IMG/VR virus record: IMGVR_UViG_3300047476_000521
Span: 1 to 64,000 of that record
Origin: a virus
Length of the DNA stretch: 64,000 bases
Direction: 5' to 3' (one strand)
Shown here: piece after piece, positions 25,891-34,673 of the stretch
Layout: every line of letters starts with the position of its first letter
Position numbering within the stretch: the first letter of the stretch is position 1
Made by a program: the position numbers and the translations under genes
The notes under the pieces: generated by a model
What the model was told of the DNA's origin: nothing
What the model saw: only the letters and a program-made list of their open reading frames with translations
Databases searched by the model: none

Positions 25891-26016
25891 ATGAAAAAGA
25901 TCGCATTAGTTCTAGTAGGTTTATCCTTTCTTAGTTTTAGTTTGGCTGGGTGCGGTGCAGCGGGAACAATTGCTCGCTGCTCACTACTGGATAACACATC
26001 TAGGCCATGTAACTGA
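25891..26016 (+). CDS. small lipoprotein
   Basis: MKKIALV...SLAGC lipobox; AGGAG SD. Confidence 0.65.
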   Translation: MKKIALVLVGLSFLSFSLAGCGAAGTIARCSLLDNTSRPCN

Positions 26017-26227
26017 TACGCCTACGATCAAAGATTTTGAGGAAGAATTGAATGAATAAGTTCGATGATCAGAAACTACTTGACATCAACAATCTTATAC
26101 ACTATATTATGTGGAGTAAGGATAAGATTGCTGGTGGCGTTCAACAGGAAGAAGCGGTAAAGGCTCTTTCTCGTTTGCTTGATTATCCTGTCGATCTGAT
26201 GATTTCTATATCAGGTAAGGACAAAAA

Positions 26228-26515
26228 GTGATTCGTGTTTTTGTTATGTTGCTTCTTTCTTGCTCTGCCGCTCTTGCTGAGGACATCTCTTGTCAAAAGA
26301 AGCCAACTCATAACTTTGTTATCGAGTGTAAGAGCAAGAAAGAAGCGGATGTCTCTCTATTAGCACTAAACGGTGGTGAATGTGCTTCTGTTGCATTTCA
26401 CAAACATGTTGGCGCAGAGAAAGCATTTGAGATACCTGGAACAAAAGAGTGCTTCTATGTTCGAAGCGTAACACTATCAATAGATGGCAAGAGTAAGACA
26501 ATCGGACCACTATGA
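26228..26515 (+). CDS. exported Cys-rich hypothetical protein
   Basis: signal peptide ending ALA. Confidence 0.6.
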   Translation: MIRVFVMLLLSCSAALAEDISCQKKPTHNFVIECKSKKEADVSLLALNGGECASVAFHKHVGAEKAFEIPGTKECFYVRSVTLSIDGKSKTIGPL

Positions 26516-26706
26516 TAAAGGAACTGATCATACTGGCGCAGGTGGCTAATACAATTCCTCCTGCTGACATTATGAGAAATGACATTCCGACTTATTCATG
26601 GGAAAGGCCAACACAGCCACCGAGATATCAAGTTCCTGCTACTGGTATTTACTCGGCAGGATCTAGACCTCCTCCGATTTCGTTTGAAGAGGTTGAAGTA
26701 GAATAA
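26512..26706 (+). CDS. hypothetical protein
   Basis: coupled ORF. Confidence 0.5.
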   Translation: MIKELIILAQVANTIPPADIMRNDIPTYSWERPTQPPRYQVPATGIYSAGSRPPPISFEEVEVE

Positions 26707-26713
26707 ATAGAAT

Positions 26714-27025
26714 TGCCAAAGGTCGTTGAGAGACGAAACATAGGTTTCTTGGACGTGGGTGCGATTCCCACCGTCTCCACCATGGATACATTCAACCATA
26801 CACACCTGGTGCTAACTAGGTTGCGCAGCCGAAAAGACGTAGAGAAAGAGTCTGTTAGCGGAATGTATCTTTGATGGGGACGAACAGGTTCGACAGGATT
26901 CAGTAAGGTCGTAAGGAGACTGTAGGCATTTATAGGTGCAAACGATAACTTCGCACCATTTGAGATGGCACTAGCTGCTTAATCTCATTGGGTTGGCAAC
27001 TTCCTAGAAACAGAATAGTTGCTTT
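26714..27025 (+). ncRNA. ssrA: circularly permuted two-piece tmRNA, tag (A)ANDNFAPFEMALAA
   Basis: acceptor piece ending CGTCTCC-ACCA at 26782 precedes GGGGACG at 26876 (G3.U70 alanine identity); tag reading frame 26938-26982; outer ends approximate. Confidence 0.9.
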
Positions 27026-27044
27026 TTTCATTTTGGAGTTTATA

Positions 27045-27242
27045 ATGACCGATCAAAAAGACAAATACACCGGCATGCGTGAGTTTAATTTTGCATTGAG
27101 CACTAATGTCTATATCTGTGCAGCAGCAGGAGCTTTTCTAGGAGCAATTCTAGGTTATTGGGCGACAGGATTAGTAGAGATCTCTGTAGCTTCGTCAATC
27201 ACTTTCTTAGTTCTTTCTGGTATCTTTGGGATGTTTGTGTAA
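27045..27242 (+). CDS. small two-TM membrane protein
   Basis: GGAG SD, hydrophobic. Confidence 0.65.
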   Translation: MTDQKDKYTGMREFNFALSTNVYICAAAGAFLGAILGYWATGLVEISVASSITFLVLSGIFGMFV

Positions 27243-27287
27243 CATTAGCTTGCTTTTTCGTCAATCATAGGGTATAATACTAATAAT

Positions 27288-27364
27288 GGCTCCGTAGCTC
27301 AGCTGGATAGAGCAACAGACTTCTAATCTGTGGGTCGTGTGTTCGAATCGCACCGGAGTCGCCA
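27288..27364 (+). tRNA. tRNA-Arg (TCT)
   Basis: cloverleaf GGCTCCG/CGGAGTC, anticodon loop CTTCTAA, TTCGAAT, encoded CCA; promoter TTGCTT...TATAAT upstream. Confidence 0.95.
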
Positions 27365-27504
27365 TTTTATCGGAGAACAAAAATGTCTGACCGTCATAAT
27401 CACTGGTTTTGGAACTCCCGTTTTGTTGATGTGGTTCATCAACAGCTGCTAAGGCTAACTTCTTGGATCTGGCAAAAGCAGAATCATAACCACTGAGGTT
27501 TAGT

Positions 27505-27702
27505 ATGCAATTTAGACCTTCAGCTTCGTATTCTCAACTCACCCTGTTAAGGCTTGCATTTGAATACGAGTTAAACAATGTTTTAAAGTTCGAGGATAGG
27601 CAGGAATTCTTTAGAGTTATACAATACCTACAAGAGCGAATTGAACAAATTAAGGAAGATGAGAAAAAATGCTTAAAGATTCAAGGTTCGTCGAAGAAGT
27701 AG
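27505..27702 (+). CDS. hypothetical protein
   Basis: GAGG SD, ORF. Confidence 0.55.
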   Translation: MQFRPSASYSQLTLLRLAFEYELNNVLKFEDRQEFFRVIQYLQERIEQIKEDEKKCLKIQGSSKK

Positions 27703-27887
27703 AAAAGCTCTGTAGAGATAAAAACATCGAATATATTGATGCTGTTGTTTATTGGTGTAATAAAAACAATCTAGAAATTGAAACTGCAGCTTACTGGATT
27801 AAAAAGGATCCGGTAATGAAATCTAAAATTCAGCTAGAAGCTGAAAATCTAAATGTCCTAAAGCGTGGGGCAAGACTTCCGATATAA
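27669..27887 (+). CDS. 33: late promoter transcription coactivator gp33
   Basis: YIDAVVYWC..NNLEIE...KSKIQLEAENLN.LK; position before genes 59 and 32. Confidence 0.85.
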   Translation: MLKDSRFVEEVEKLCRDKNIEYIDAVVYWCNKNNLEIETAAYWIKKDPVMKSKIQLEAENLNVLKRGARLPI

Positions 27888-27890
27888 ATA
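27883..27890 (+). promoter_or_regulatory. T4-type late promoter
   Basis: TATAAATA. Confidence 0.65.
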
Positions 27891-27917
27891 ATGGGTTAAC
27901 CATTGTTGGAGGCTAGT

Positions 27918-28427
27918 ATGCACGTTAAAACAATCGGTAAACCCTTAAATGTATCTCTGTCAATGGCCAAAAAGGCAGCTGTTTTTTATGGAAAATATCT
28001 TGTCGGTAATGGTAAACTCTACAATAATTTGAAACTGACAATTCAATTTGAAAAAATGTCTTCTATGGAGGACGATTATGCCTACTGTGATTGGGTAGAC
28101 GATAACAATCTAAAAAGAGAATTTGTAATAGGCGTAGATAGAACTCTCAATAAAAAAGAGACCTTGCTAGCTTTAGCCCATGAGATGGTGCATCTAAAGC
28201 AATACGCCAAAGGAGAGATGAAAGACATTCATCATCCAGTCAGAATGGTCAAATGGCAAGGCGAGAGATATCTTTATGAGGAAATGGATTATTGGGAATG
28301 TCCCTGGGAAATTGAAGCGTATGGTCGTGAGAGAGGTCTATACTTCAAATTTTTGAATTATCTAAAAGATGGTGAGCCCGAATTAAAATGTCAGCCTTCG
28401 AAGCGTATAAAGATTATGTCGCCTTAA
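27918..28427 (+). CDS. HEXXH zinc metallopeptidase-like protein
   Basis: LAHEMVHLKQY...PWEIEAY. Confidence 0.75.
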   Translation: MHVKTIGKPLNVSLSMAKKAAVFYGKYLVGNGKLYNNLKLTIQFEKMSSMEDDYAYCDWVDDNNLKREFVIGVDRTLNKKETLLALAHEMVHLKQYAKGEMKDIHHPVRMVKWQGERYLYEEMDYWECPWEIEAYGRERGLYFKFLNYLKDGEPELKCQPSKRIKIMSP

Positions 28428-28963
28428 AAAACCATTTCACCAAAACTGACTACGACTATATCAAATATAACGGTAAAACAGGTCTAACTTTTTCTTCCTT
28501 TGAGAAACGCAAGGATAAGGTGTTCTTTGAGAAGCTTGCGAAAAATCCGGACTATCACGAGTATCTTGTTGCTAACCTTAGTAACAATCCGAAGCTTTGG
28601 ATTCGTGATCTCGCATATTCAGAAAATGCTAATGTAATCTTCCAAAACTGGAAGAAACGAAACCAATCCCTCACATATAATTTCAAAACAGATTTCAAGA
28701 AAATTTTAGATGCTCCAAAAGGGCATCAACATCCTGCAGCCATGCGAACGTATCTAGCAGGAGAAATTAGTTTAGAGTCCCTTTGTATATTTGTATCTAT
28801 GACTGGTGCGCTTAAAGAGTGGGACTCTAAGTTGGAATACGATCCTATCTGGGAAGATCTTAGGATTAGGGTCGTAAAATATACTCCATTCATCAAATTT
28901 GATAAAATGAAGATTAAAAAAGTCATGCTTGACGTTATGGATGATTTGGGGTATACTAAATAA
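28388..28963 (+). CDS. 59: helicase loader gp59
   Basis: Y.ALKNHF...YDYIKYNGK, FEKRKDK.FFEKL, ISLES, KYTPF. Confidence 0.9.
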   Translation: MSAFEAYKDYVALKNHFTKTDYDYIKYNGKTGLTFSSFEKRKDKVFFEKLAKNPDYHEYLVANLSNNPKLWIRDLAYSENANVIFQNWKKRNQSLTYNFKTDFKKILDAPKGHQHPAAMRTYLAGEISLESLCIFVSMTGALKEWDSKLEYDPIWEDLRIRVVKYTPFIKFDKMKIKKVMLDVMDDLGYTK

Positions 28964-29023
28964 TGTTGGGTGATACAAATGCCCATCATACATTGTAATA
29001 CATTGTCATACGGAGAAATACAC

Positions 29024-29929
29024 ATGGTAGATTTCAAGTCACTTAAAGCTTCTTCAGGTAAGAAGTCCCTCGAAACACTTACAGCAGAACTAACAAAGAT
29101 TTCAGGCGGCGAAAGCAAGGGCTCTGATGATCGTTTTTGGACGCCAACAGTCGATAAGGCTGGTAACGGTTATGCTGTTATTCGTTTCCTTCCCCCACCA
29201 GCTGGCGAAGACGTTCCATTCGTTCGTATCTTTGATCATGGTTTCCAGGGTCCAGGCGGATGGTATATCGAGAACTCGCTAACAACTCTCGGTAAGAACG
29301 ACCCAGTTTCAGAGTATAATTCTAAGCTTTGGAACTCAGGTATTGAAGCCAACAAGGAAATTGCTCGTAAGCAGAAGCGTCGCCTTCATTTCGTAAGCAA
29401 TATCTATGTTGTTACTGATTCAGGCAATCCTGCTAACGAGGGTAAGGTTTTCCTTTACAAGTACGGCAAGAAGATCTTTGATAAGCTAAAGGAAGCTATG
29501 GAGCCACAGTTTGCTGATGAAGAGGCAATTAATCCTTTTGATCTTTGGGCTGGTGCTAACTTCAAGTTAAAGATCCGTCAGGTCGAGGGTTATCGTAACT
29601 ACGATAAGTCAGAGTTTGATAAGATTGCTCCTCTTCTGAACGATGACGAAGAGCTAGAGGCAGTTTGGAAAAAGGAACATTCTCTGAAGGAATTCCTTGC
29701 GCCATCTAACTTTAAGACTTATGAAGAGCTACAGGCTCGTTTGGCTAAGGTTCTGGCCGAAGACTCTGCGCCTGCAAAGCGTGCAAAGGCTGAGACCACA
29801 GAAGTTCCTTGGGATAACGATGAGGATTCAGCGCCAAAGTTTAAGGCTGCTAGTGCACCAAAGTACGCAGCTGAAGATGATGACGATGATGAGTCGTTAG
29901 AATTCTTTAAGAAGCTCGCAAGCGAGTAA
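29024..29929 (+). CDS. 32: single-stranded DNA-binding protein gp32
   Basis: DKAGNGYAVIRFLP, WYIENSLTTLG, YKYGKKIFDK, NYDKSEF, acidic tail. Confidence 0.97.
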   Translation: MVDFKSLKASSGKKSLETLTAELTKISGGESKGSDDRFWTPTVDKAGNGYAVIRFLPPPAGEDVPFVRIFDHGFQGPGGWYIENSLTTLGKNDPVSEYNSKLWNSGIEANKEIARKQKRRLHFVSNIYVVTDSGNPANEGKVFLYKYGKKIFDKLKEAMEPQFADEEAINPFDLWAGANFKLKIRQVEGYRNYDKSEFDKIAPLLNDDEELEAVWKKEHSLKEFLAPSNFKTYEELQARLAKVLAEDSAPAKRAKAETTEVPWDNDEDSAPKFKAASAPKYAAEDDDDDESLEFFKKLASE

Positions 29930-29933
29930 AATT

Positions 29934-29958
29934 AAAGGGAGCTAAAAGCTCCCTTTTT
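29934..29958. terminator. bidirectional terminator
   Basis: AAAGGGAGC-TAAAA-GCTCCCTTT between convergent genes. Confidence 0.8.
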
Positions 29959-29959
29959 A

Positions 29960-32008
29960 TTATCCAGCCATATGCTTTTTATAATGTTTCATTTCTTCCC
30001 AATGGTTTCCGCCGATCAAAGCAGCCCAGTCAGGCCAACCGACATCTCCTGGAAGATTGTATGCGTATCCGGATGCATCTGCAGGGCTCATCGAACCTGT
30101 TCCTCCTTGAGGAGAAGGAACGTTTTGAGTTGCAACAATTTGAGGAGTTTGTGTTTCTGCCATTCTTTGACTTTCAATAGCAGCTTCTTTTACTCTTTGA
30201 ACGTTTTGATTGGAAACTGTTGGTTTTGGTGTTAATTCTGCAAAAGGCATAGGAGTAGATTCTATTCCTTCTAAAGCAGAACCAATCATAGGTAATACTG
30301 ATCCCAGGATTCCGCCTAGACCCATAGGCAACATTCCCCCCATCATTCCCATAAGCTGTCCCATAGGGAAGCCAGCCGTCTGTGGAGCCATTGCAGCTTG
30401 AGTCATAGGAGCTTGGGTGACTGGTTCTGCTGCTGATGGAGCAGAAACAACAGATGGGCTAGTAGTCATACCAGGAGTTGGTGGCGTCATTTGAGGAGCG
30501 CTCGAACCAGGAGTTGTTGGAGTCTCTCCAGCGGAAGGAGTTACTTGCCCTCCAATTACTGATTGACCTCCTCTGATTCCTTTTCCACCGATCTGAGCAT
30601 GTATATGATCTTGATGACCTTTTGTTCTCCAAAGAACAGTATAACCTGCAGCTTGAATTTGTTTTGCTAGTTGATCGAATTTTGGACCCCATGTAGGATC
30701 TTGAGCTTCGACTATGCCACCAGGAGCATTAATATCAATGGCCATGTTGTCATAATGAGCGCTGTTTTTACCATGAGCAGTAGGGCTTACTCCTCCAAAA
30801 GCTGGATGTTCAGAAACTTGAACCTTCATTCCTTTGAGCGCATTACCTAGTGCAACAAGATCGCCTGATGGTAGAGAAGCAGAATTTTCCATTTTTTCTG
30901 CATGACCTTCTCCGTGCATTGCTCCACTAATTGGCCCATGACCACCTTCTTTGCCTATTGTTTCAGTTCTTAAAGAAGTAGCTGAAGGAATAGACTCTGG
31001 TTTGTTAGTAGGAGTTGCAGTAGCAGTTGTCGCACCAGAAGTTGTTGAAGTAGATTGAGTAGTAGTTGGCGTTGAGCTACCTTCGCTTTTTGCTAATGCA
31101 ACAGCATTAGCCATTCTTTGACCTAAGTGTTGATGAGACGATCTTTCGTAACCATAATCAATTGCTTTAGCAGCATCAATTGCACTAGAAGCAGCTTTCA
31201 GCATTTCTCCAGCACGCTTTTCAGTATTGGTTAGTTCCCACTGAACGAATTCTAATTGCTGTTTGAAGTTTGATTGCCTAATGGGAATACCCATTACTTC
31301 TTGGAATTTTCTCTGTCTGTCTGGATGCCACTGAGCAATACCATAAGCTTGTCCGCTATCCCCTACAGCATCTGTTCTTAGGTTTTTACCTGATTCTGTT
31401 TGTAGATTACCTACAATACCAGCTGATTGCTCTTTAGACCATCCTTTGGATTGGAAGAACGACATTGCTTCAGAAGAACTTCCTGATTCTCCAACGCCTT
31501 TACCAACAGGTCCAGAAGTTACACCGCCAGATAGCTGAGAAGCTCCATAACCAATTGCTCCAGCAACAGCCATTCCGCCAATAGCAGCTGCCACATTACC
31601 AAAACCAGCGGTCAAAGAACCAAGAACAGAATTAGATCCCTGACCAACTAAACTGTTGTTCAGGCTACGATTCATTGATTCTGTGGTATCATTAAGAATT
31701 TTAATATTTCTTGATATATTATTAAGAGTTCCAAGCATGGTTGTTTGTAAACTGACTGATTCTTGGAATATTCTAGTTAGACCATCAACTTTTTCGTTTG
31801 TTTGTTCAGATGCATATTGACCTTCAGCAATTGTATTGTGAAGATCAATAATATCTTTTCTTTGTGATGAAAAAGTGTTGGCTAGATCTTTAACTATCTT
31901 AGATAGACTAGCAGAAGAAGCAGTGGCAGCTTGTCTGAATTGACCAGCTGATTCTCCCATAACTGATCTTAAACTTCTAGAAACTTCTGCTAATTCTGCC
32001 GTTGCCAT
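29960..32008 (-). CDS. tail/baseplate hub or tape-measure-like protein with tail lysozyme and putative M15-type peptidase domains
   Basis: helical N-terminus; GWSKEQSAGIVGNLQTES...YGIAQW (tail lysozyme); SAHY..MAIDI...HQDHIH. Confidence 0.7.
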   Translation of the reverse strand: MATAELAEVSRSLRSVMGESAGQFRQAATASSASLSKIVKDLANTFSSQRKDIIDLHNTIAEGQYASEQTNEKVDGLTRIFQESVSLQTTMLGTLNNISRNIKILNDTTESMNRSLNNSLVGQGSNSVLGSLTAGFGNVAAAIGGMAVAGAIGYGASQLSGGVTSGPVGKGVGESGSSSEAMSFFQSKGWSKEQSAGIVGNLQTESGKNLRTDAVGDSGQAYGIAQWHPDRQRKFQEVMGIPIRQSNFKQQLEFVQWELTNTEKRAGEMLKAASSAIDAAKAIDYGYERSSHQHLGQRMANAVALAKSEGSSTPTTTQSTSTTSGATTATATPTNKPESIPSATSLRTETIGKEGGHGPISGAMHGEGHAEKMENSASLPSGDLVALGNALKGMKVQVSEHPAFGGVSPTAHGKNSAHYDNMAIDINAPGGIVEAQDPTWGPKFDQLAKQIQAAGYTVLWRTKGHQDHIHAQIGGKGIRGGQSVIGGQVTPSAGETPTTPGSSAPQMTPPTPGMTTSPSVVSAPSAAEPVTQAPMTQAAMAPQTAGFPMGQLMGMMGGMLPMGLGGILGSVLPMIGSALEGIESTPMPFAELTPKPTVSNQNVQRVKEAAIESQRMAETQTPQIVATQNVPSPQGGTGSMSPADASGYAYNLPGDVGWPDWAALIGGNHWEEMKHYKKHMAG

Positions 32009-32015
32009 TTGTTAC

Positions 32016-32201
32016 CTATCTATTTCCTGATGCCTTTTTGGCTTCCTCTACCTCTTTTATATAATTCACCAAAAGTTGAACATAGATATCTCTTTCAAAT
32101 GGTATAAGGTTTTCTACTTCGCTAATTGAATATTTATGATGCTGAACTAAAGAAAATATAGTCGAATAATAAGAACTCAGGTTCGAGTAGTTCAGCGCCA
32201 C
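32016..32201 (-). CDS. 51: baseplate hub assembly protein gp51-like
   Basis: QHHKYSISEVENLIPFERDIYV; GTG start without a clear SD. Confidence 0.8.
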   Translation of the reverse strand: MALNYSNLSSYYSTIFSLVQHHKYSISEVENLIPFERDIYVQLLVNYIKEVEEAKKASGNR

Positions 32202-32905
32202 GTAAAAAAATCGTTTAACGAACTCAAAACAATTTCACGTTCGTTGCCTAATTCGTTTTGGTATAAAATTTTATATTCCATTTTAGGAATGTTGACCAAG
32301 AATTCTTGGATCTTTTCGAAAGTCTTGATATTCAGATTTTCTAAAAATTCATTAATTTCTTCGTTTCTGTAATCTTTAGTTTCAAAAATCTGTTCTTCGA
32401 AGTAGATAGAATCTATACAACGTACAATAAGTTCAAACATATAATCCTTATCTAACTTCAAAAACTGCTCGTCATCATAAAGAGAAGCAGAAGGATACTT
32501 CATGATAATTCCTGATTGAGGAGTTATCTTAATATTGTTGTCTATCTTTTCTGGATATTTGATCTTTACATCTTCAAGATTAATTTCGAAATCATAAATC
32601 TTACCGTCTTCGTTGTCTTTGTAAGAAACCTTAATAAGATTGTCTACTGAGATAGATCTTAATTTTAGAAAAATATATTCTAGATCAAAAATAGCCAATT
32701 TACCGATATCGAGTTTTTTGTCTATCGAACAATTGTTTACTATTTGCTTTATAGAAGTTAAAACATCTGCTGGGTTTTCGCTTTCCTTAGCCATCAACAG
32801 CAGCTTTTCTTCTTTCACCAAAAAAGGTCTAAATTGATAATCCTTTTTCAAAGAAGGAATATTAATTTTGTAAACTGGGTAATCAATTTTAGGCAACCTT
32901 GACAT
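32192..32905 (-). CDS. 26: baseplate hub subunit gp26-like
   Basis: LPKIDYP...RPFLVKEEKLLLMA, FDLEYIFLKLRSIS, MKYPS. Confidence 0.85.
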   Translation of the reverse strand: MSRLPKIDYPVYKINIPSLKKDYQFRPFLVKEEKLLLMAKESENPADVLTSIKQIVNNCSIDKKLDIGKLAIFDLEYIFLKLRSISVDNLIKVSYKDNEDGKIYDFEINLEDVKIKYPEKIDNNIKITPQSGIIMKYPSASLYDDEQFLKLDKDYMFELIVRCIDSIYFEEQIFETKDYRNEEINEFLENLNIKTFEKIQEFLVNIPKMEYKILYQNELGNEREIVLSSLNDFFTWR

Positions 32906-32920
32906 TTCAAACTCCATTAA

Positions 32921-33586
32921 TTAGTTTATAAGTGTTTCCTTATACACAGCTGGTCTGTTTGGACCAGGTTGTTCCAACTTAACCTTTTGTACGGTTGAGT
33001 TTTCTATAGTATATTCAGTATAAGCTATTTGCACGTTAATCTTCATGAGATTAGTATCTCCCCAAGAAAGAGGAAAATCTCTTATTGATGTTGGGAAAGC
33101 TTCAAATAAATGTAATTTTTGAACGATATTACCAAAATGGTCGTATATAAAGATAGACATTGTAGAAGAATAGTTTTCTTTATATTCCGCTGTATAATTT
33201 GGAGCCCAGTTTCCTGTAGTGGAACCATTAAACTGAAAAATAGCTCTAGTCCACTGATACCAGAACTGCCAAAACTCGCAATAATGATCGCCCAATGTAG
33301 ATATGTTTATTTCTTGGAACTGAGCGTTTATTGGCATCTTTTGAGTTGGGCCGATACCATATCTGTTTATATCTGCTGTCATCAAAGAAATACCAGGAGC
33401 TCTGACCTGATCAATTCTGAATTCCAAATTCTTAGCAATATTAGATATTGAAGTAGGTGTGCCTTGATTGCTCAAAGAAGAATTAAATAAAATCCTAGGA
33501 CTCTGGACCAACATAGAAAAAGAGTTATTGTCTAGATATCCAAAATCTCTTAGATTCGTTTGGAATTTATTTACGTCGAATGGCAT
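32921..33586 (-). CDS. tail tube-like / baseplate tube initiator (gp54/gp19 fold)
   Basis: V.APG, LFEAFPTSI..FPLSW, VQIAYT. Confidence 0.7.
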   Translation of the reverse strand: MPFDVNKFQTNLRDFGYLDNNSFSMLVQSPRILFNSSLSNQGTPTSISNIAKNLEFRIDQVRAPGISLMTADINRYGIGPTQKMPINAQFQEINISTLGDHYCEFWQFWYQWTRAIFQFNGSTTGNWAPNYTAEYKENYSSTMSIFIYDHFGNIVQKLHLFEAFPTSIRDFPLSWGDTNLMKINVQIAYTEYTIENSTVQKVKLEQPGPNRPAVYKETLIN

Positions 33587-33594
33587 TTTTTATC

Positions 33595-34167
33595 CTAGTA
33601 AGGCGGAGAGCCGCTGTATTTTTTATTTGGGTTGATAGACCATCTCTGTAATGGTAACATAGCAGCCTTTTCCCAATCGCCAGCATTAACTAGATGAAAA
33701 GAACTTCTGACATGAGAAAACAGATATTTCTTTATACAATTTTCCACGCCAACAAACTGCCTAGAATACCTACTCAATAATTCATACGATACTAATAGTT
33801 TTGTTGATTCGTTGTATTTATTATTGTTCTTGATATCGTCTAAAGCTCTAAGAAGGTTTATTCTAGCCAAGGGTGGTAAATAATGGATATTTATACCAAG
33901 AAACCCATCTTTATACATTTCTATAGGGAAAACCAATGGATGCATGTCATAAAAGGGTAGAGTGTCTTTATGTTTCGCCTCGTAAAAGAAAAGATACATG
34001 CTTCCAACCTGAGGCATGGAAAACTTCTTAAAAATTTTATTTGGATCTCTATTTTGTTGTTTCTGAACGTCTGCTACTGAACCTTTGAACCAGTCAACAG
34101 CTGAAGCTGATTGAGCCGCTATTTCCCTAGCAGTAGCTCTAAGCATTTTTGAGAATCTGTTTGACAT
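33595..34167 (-). CDS. 2: DNA end protector gp2
   Basis: GSMYLFFY.AKHK.TLPFYD..PLVF, GINIHYLPP, CIKKYL.SHVRS. Confidence 0.9.
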   Translation of the reverse strand: MSNRFSKMLRATAREIAAQSASAVDWFKGSVADVQKQQNRDPNKIFKKFSMPQVGSMYLFFYEAKHKDTLPFYDMHPLVFPIEMYKDGFLGINIHYLPPLARINLLRALDDIKNNNKYNESTKLLVSYELLSRYSRQFVGVENCIKKYLFSHVRSSFHLVNAGDWEKAAMLPLQRWSINPNKKYSGSPPY

Positions 34168-34616
34168 TAGAACTTAATTCCTAACTCTTTTTCTGTCATA
34201 ATAATAAATTCATAACCTCTATCCTTACAATATTCTCTGGCAGCTTTCCATTTAGCGGAGTTAACTCCCCAGGTCATAACCTGTTTTATATACGTTTTGG
34301 ACTTCTTTTTTCCTTCGGTCAAAACAGGAGGCATGGTTTGGTATAAAGGTTTTACTTCTATAAGCAGAGTTTTAGTTCGACCATCTAAGGTATTTAACCT
34401 GACAGTAAAATCTACATAATAACGATGAATTCTGTTATCAACGGGCGATCTGTATGGAACAATAGTTTCTTCCGAAGACCACCATATTATCTGAGGGTCA
34501 GCGTCAAAACGGTTCATTGCTTTCAATTCCCAACTAGACCTATAGACTATATTTGTTGGGTCGCCTCGGTATTTTTGTGGGTTTCTTGGACTGAAAAATC
34601 CCTGATATTTTGCCAT
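34167..34616 (-). CDS. 4: head completion nuclease gp4
   Basis: PRNPQKYRGDP.NIVYRSSWE, WSSEE, HRYYVDF, IEVKP, N.AKW.AA. Confidence 0.92.
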   Translation of the reverse strand: MAKYQGFFSPRNPQKYRGDPTNIVYRSSWELKAMNRFDADPQIIWWSSEETIVPYRSPVDNRIHRYYVDFTVRLNTLDGRTKTLLIEVKPLYQTMPPVLTEGKKKSKTYIKQVMTWGVNSAKWKAAREYCKDRGYEFIIMTEKELGIKF

Positions 34617-34629
34617 GTTTAATTTTTGT

Positions 34630-34658
34630 AATAAATAGATTAAGTAACTCTATTTATA
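34630..34658. promoter_or_regulatory. divergent late promoters
   Basis: AATAAATA (+, 34630) and TATAAATA (-, 34658-34651) between genes 4 and 48. Confidence 0.65.
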
Positions 34659-34673
34659 GCGACGTAGGTAACA

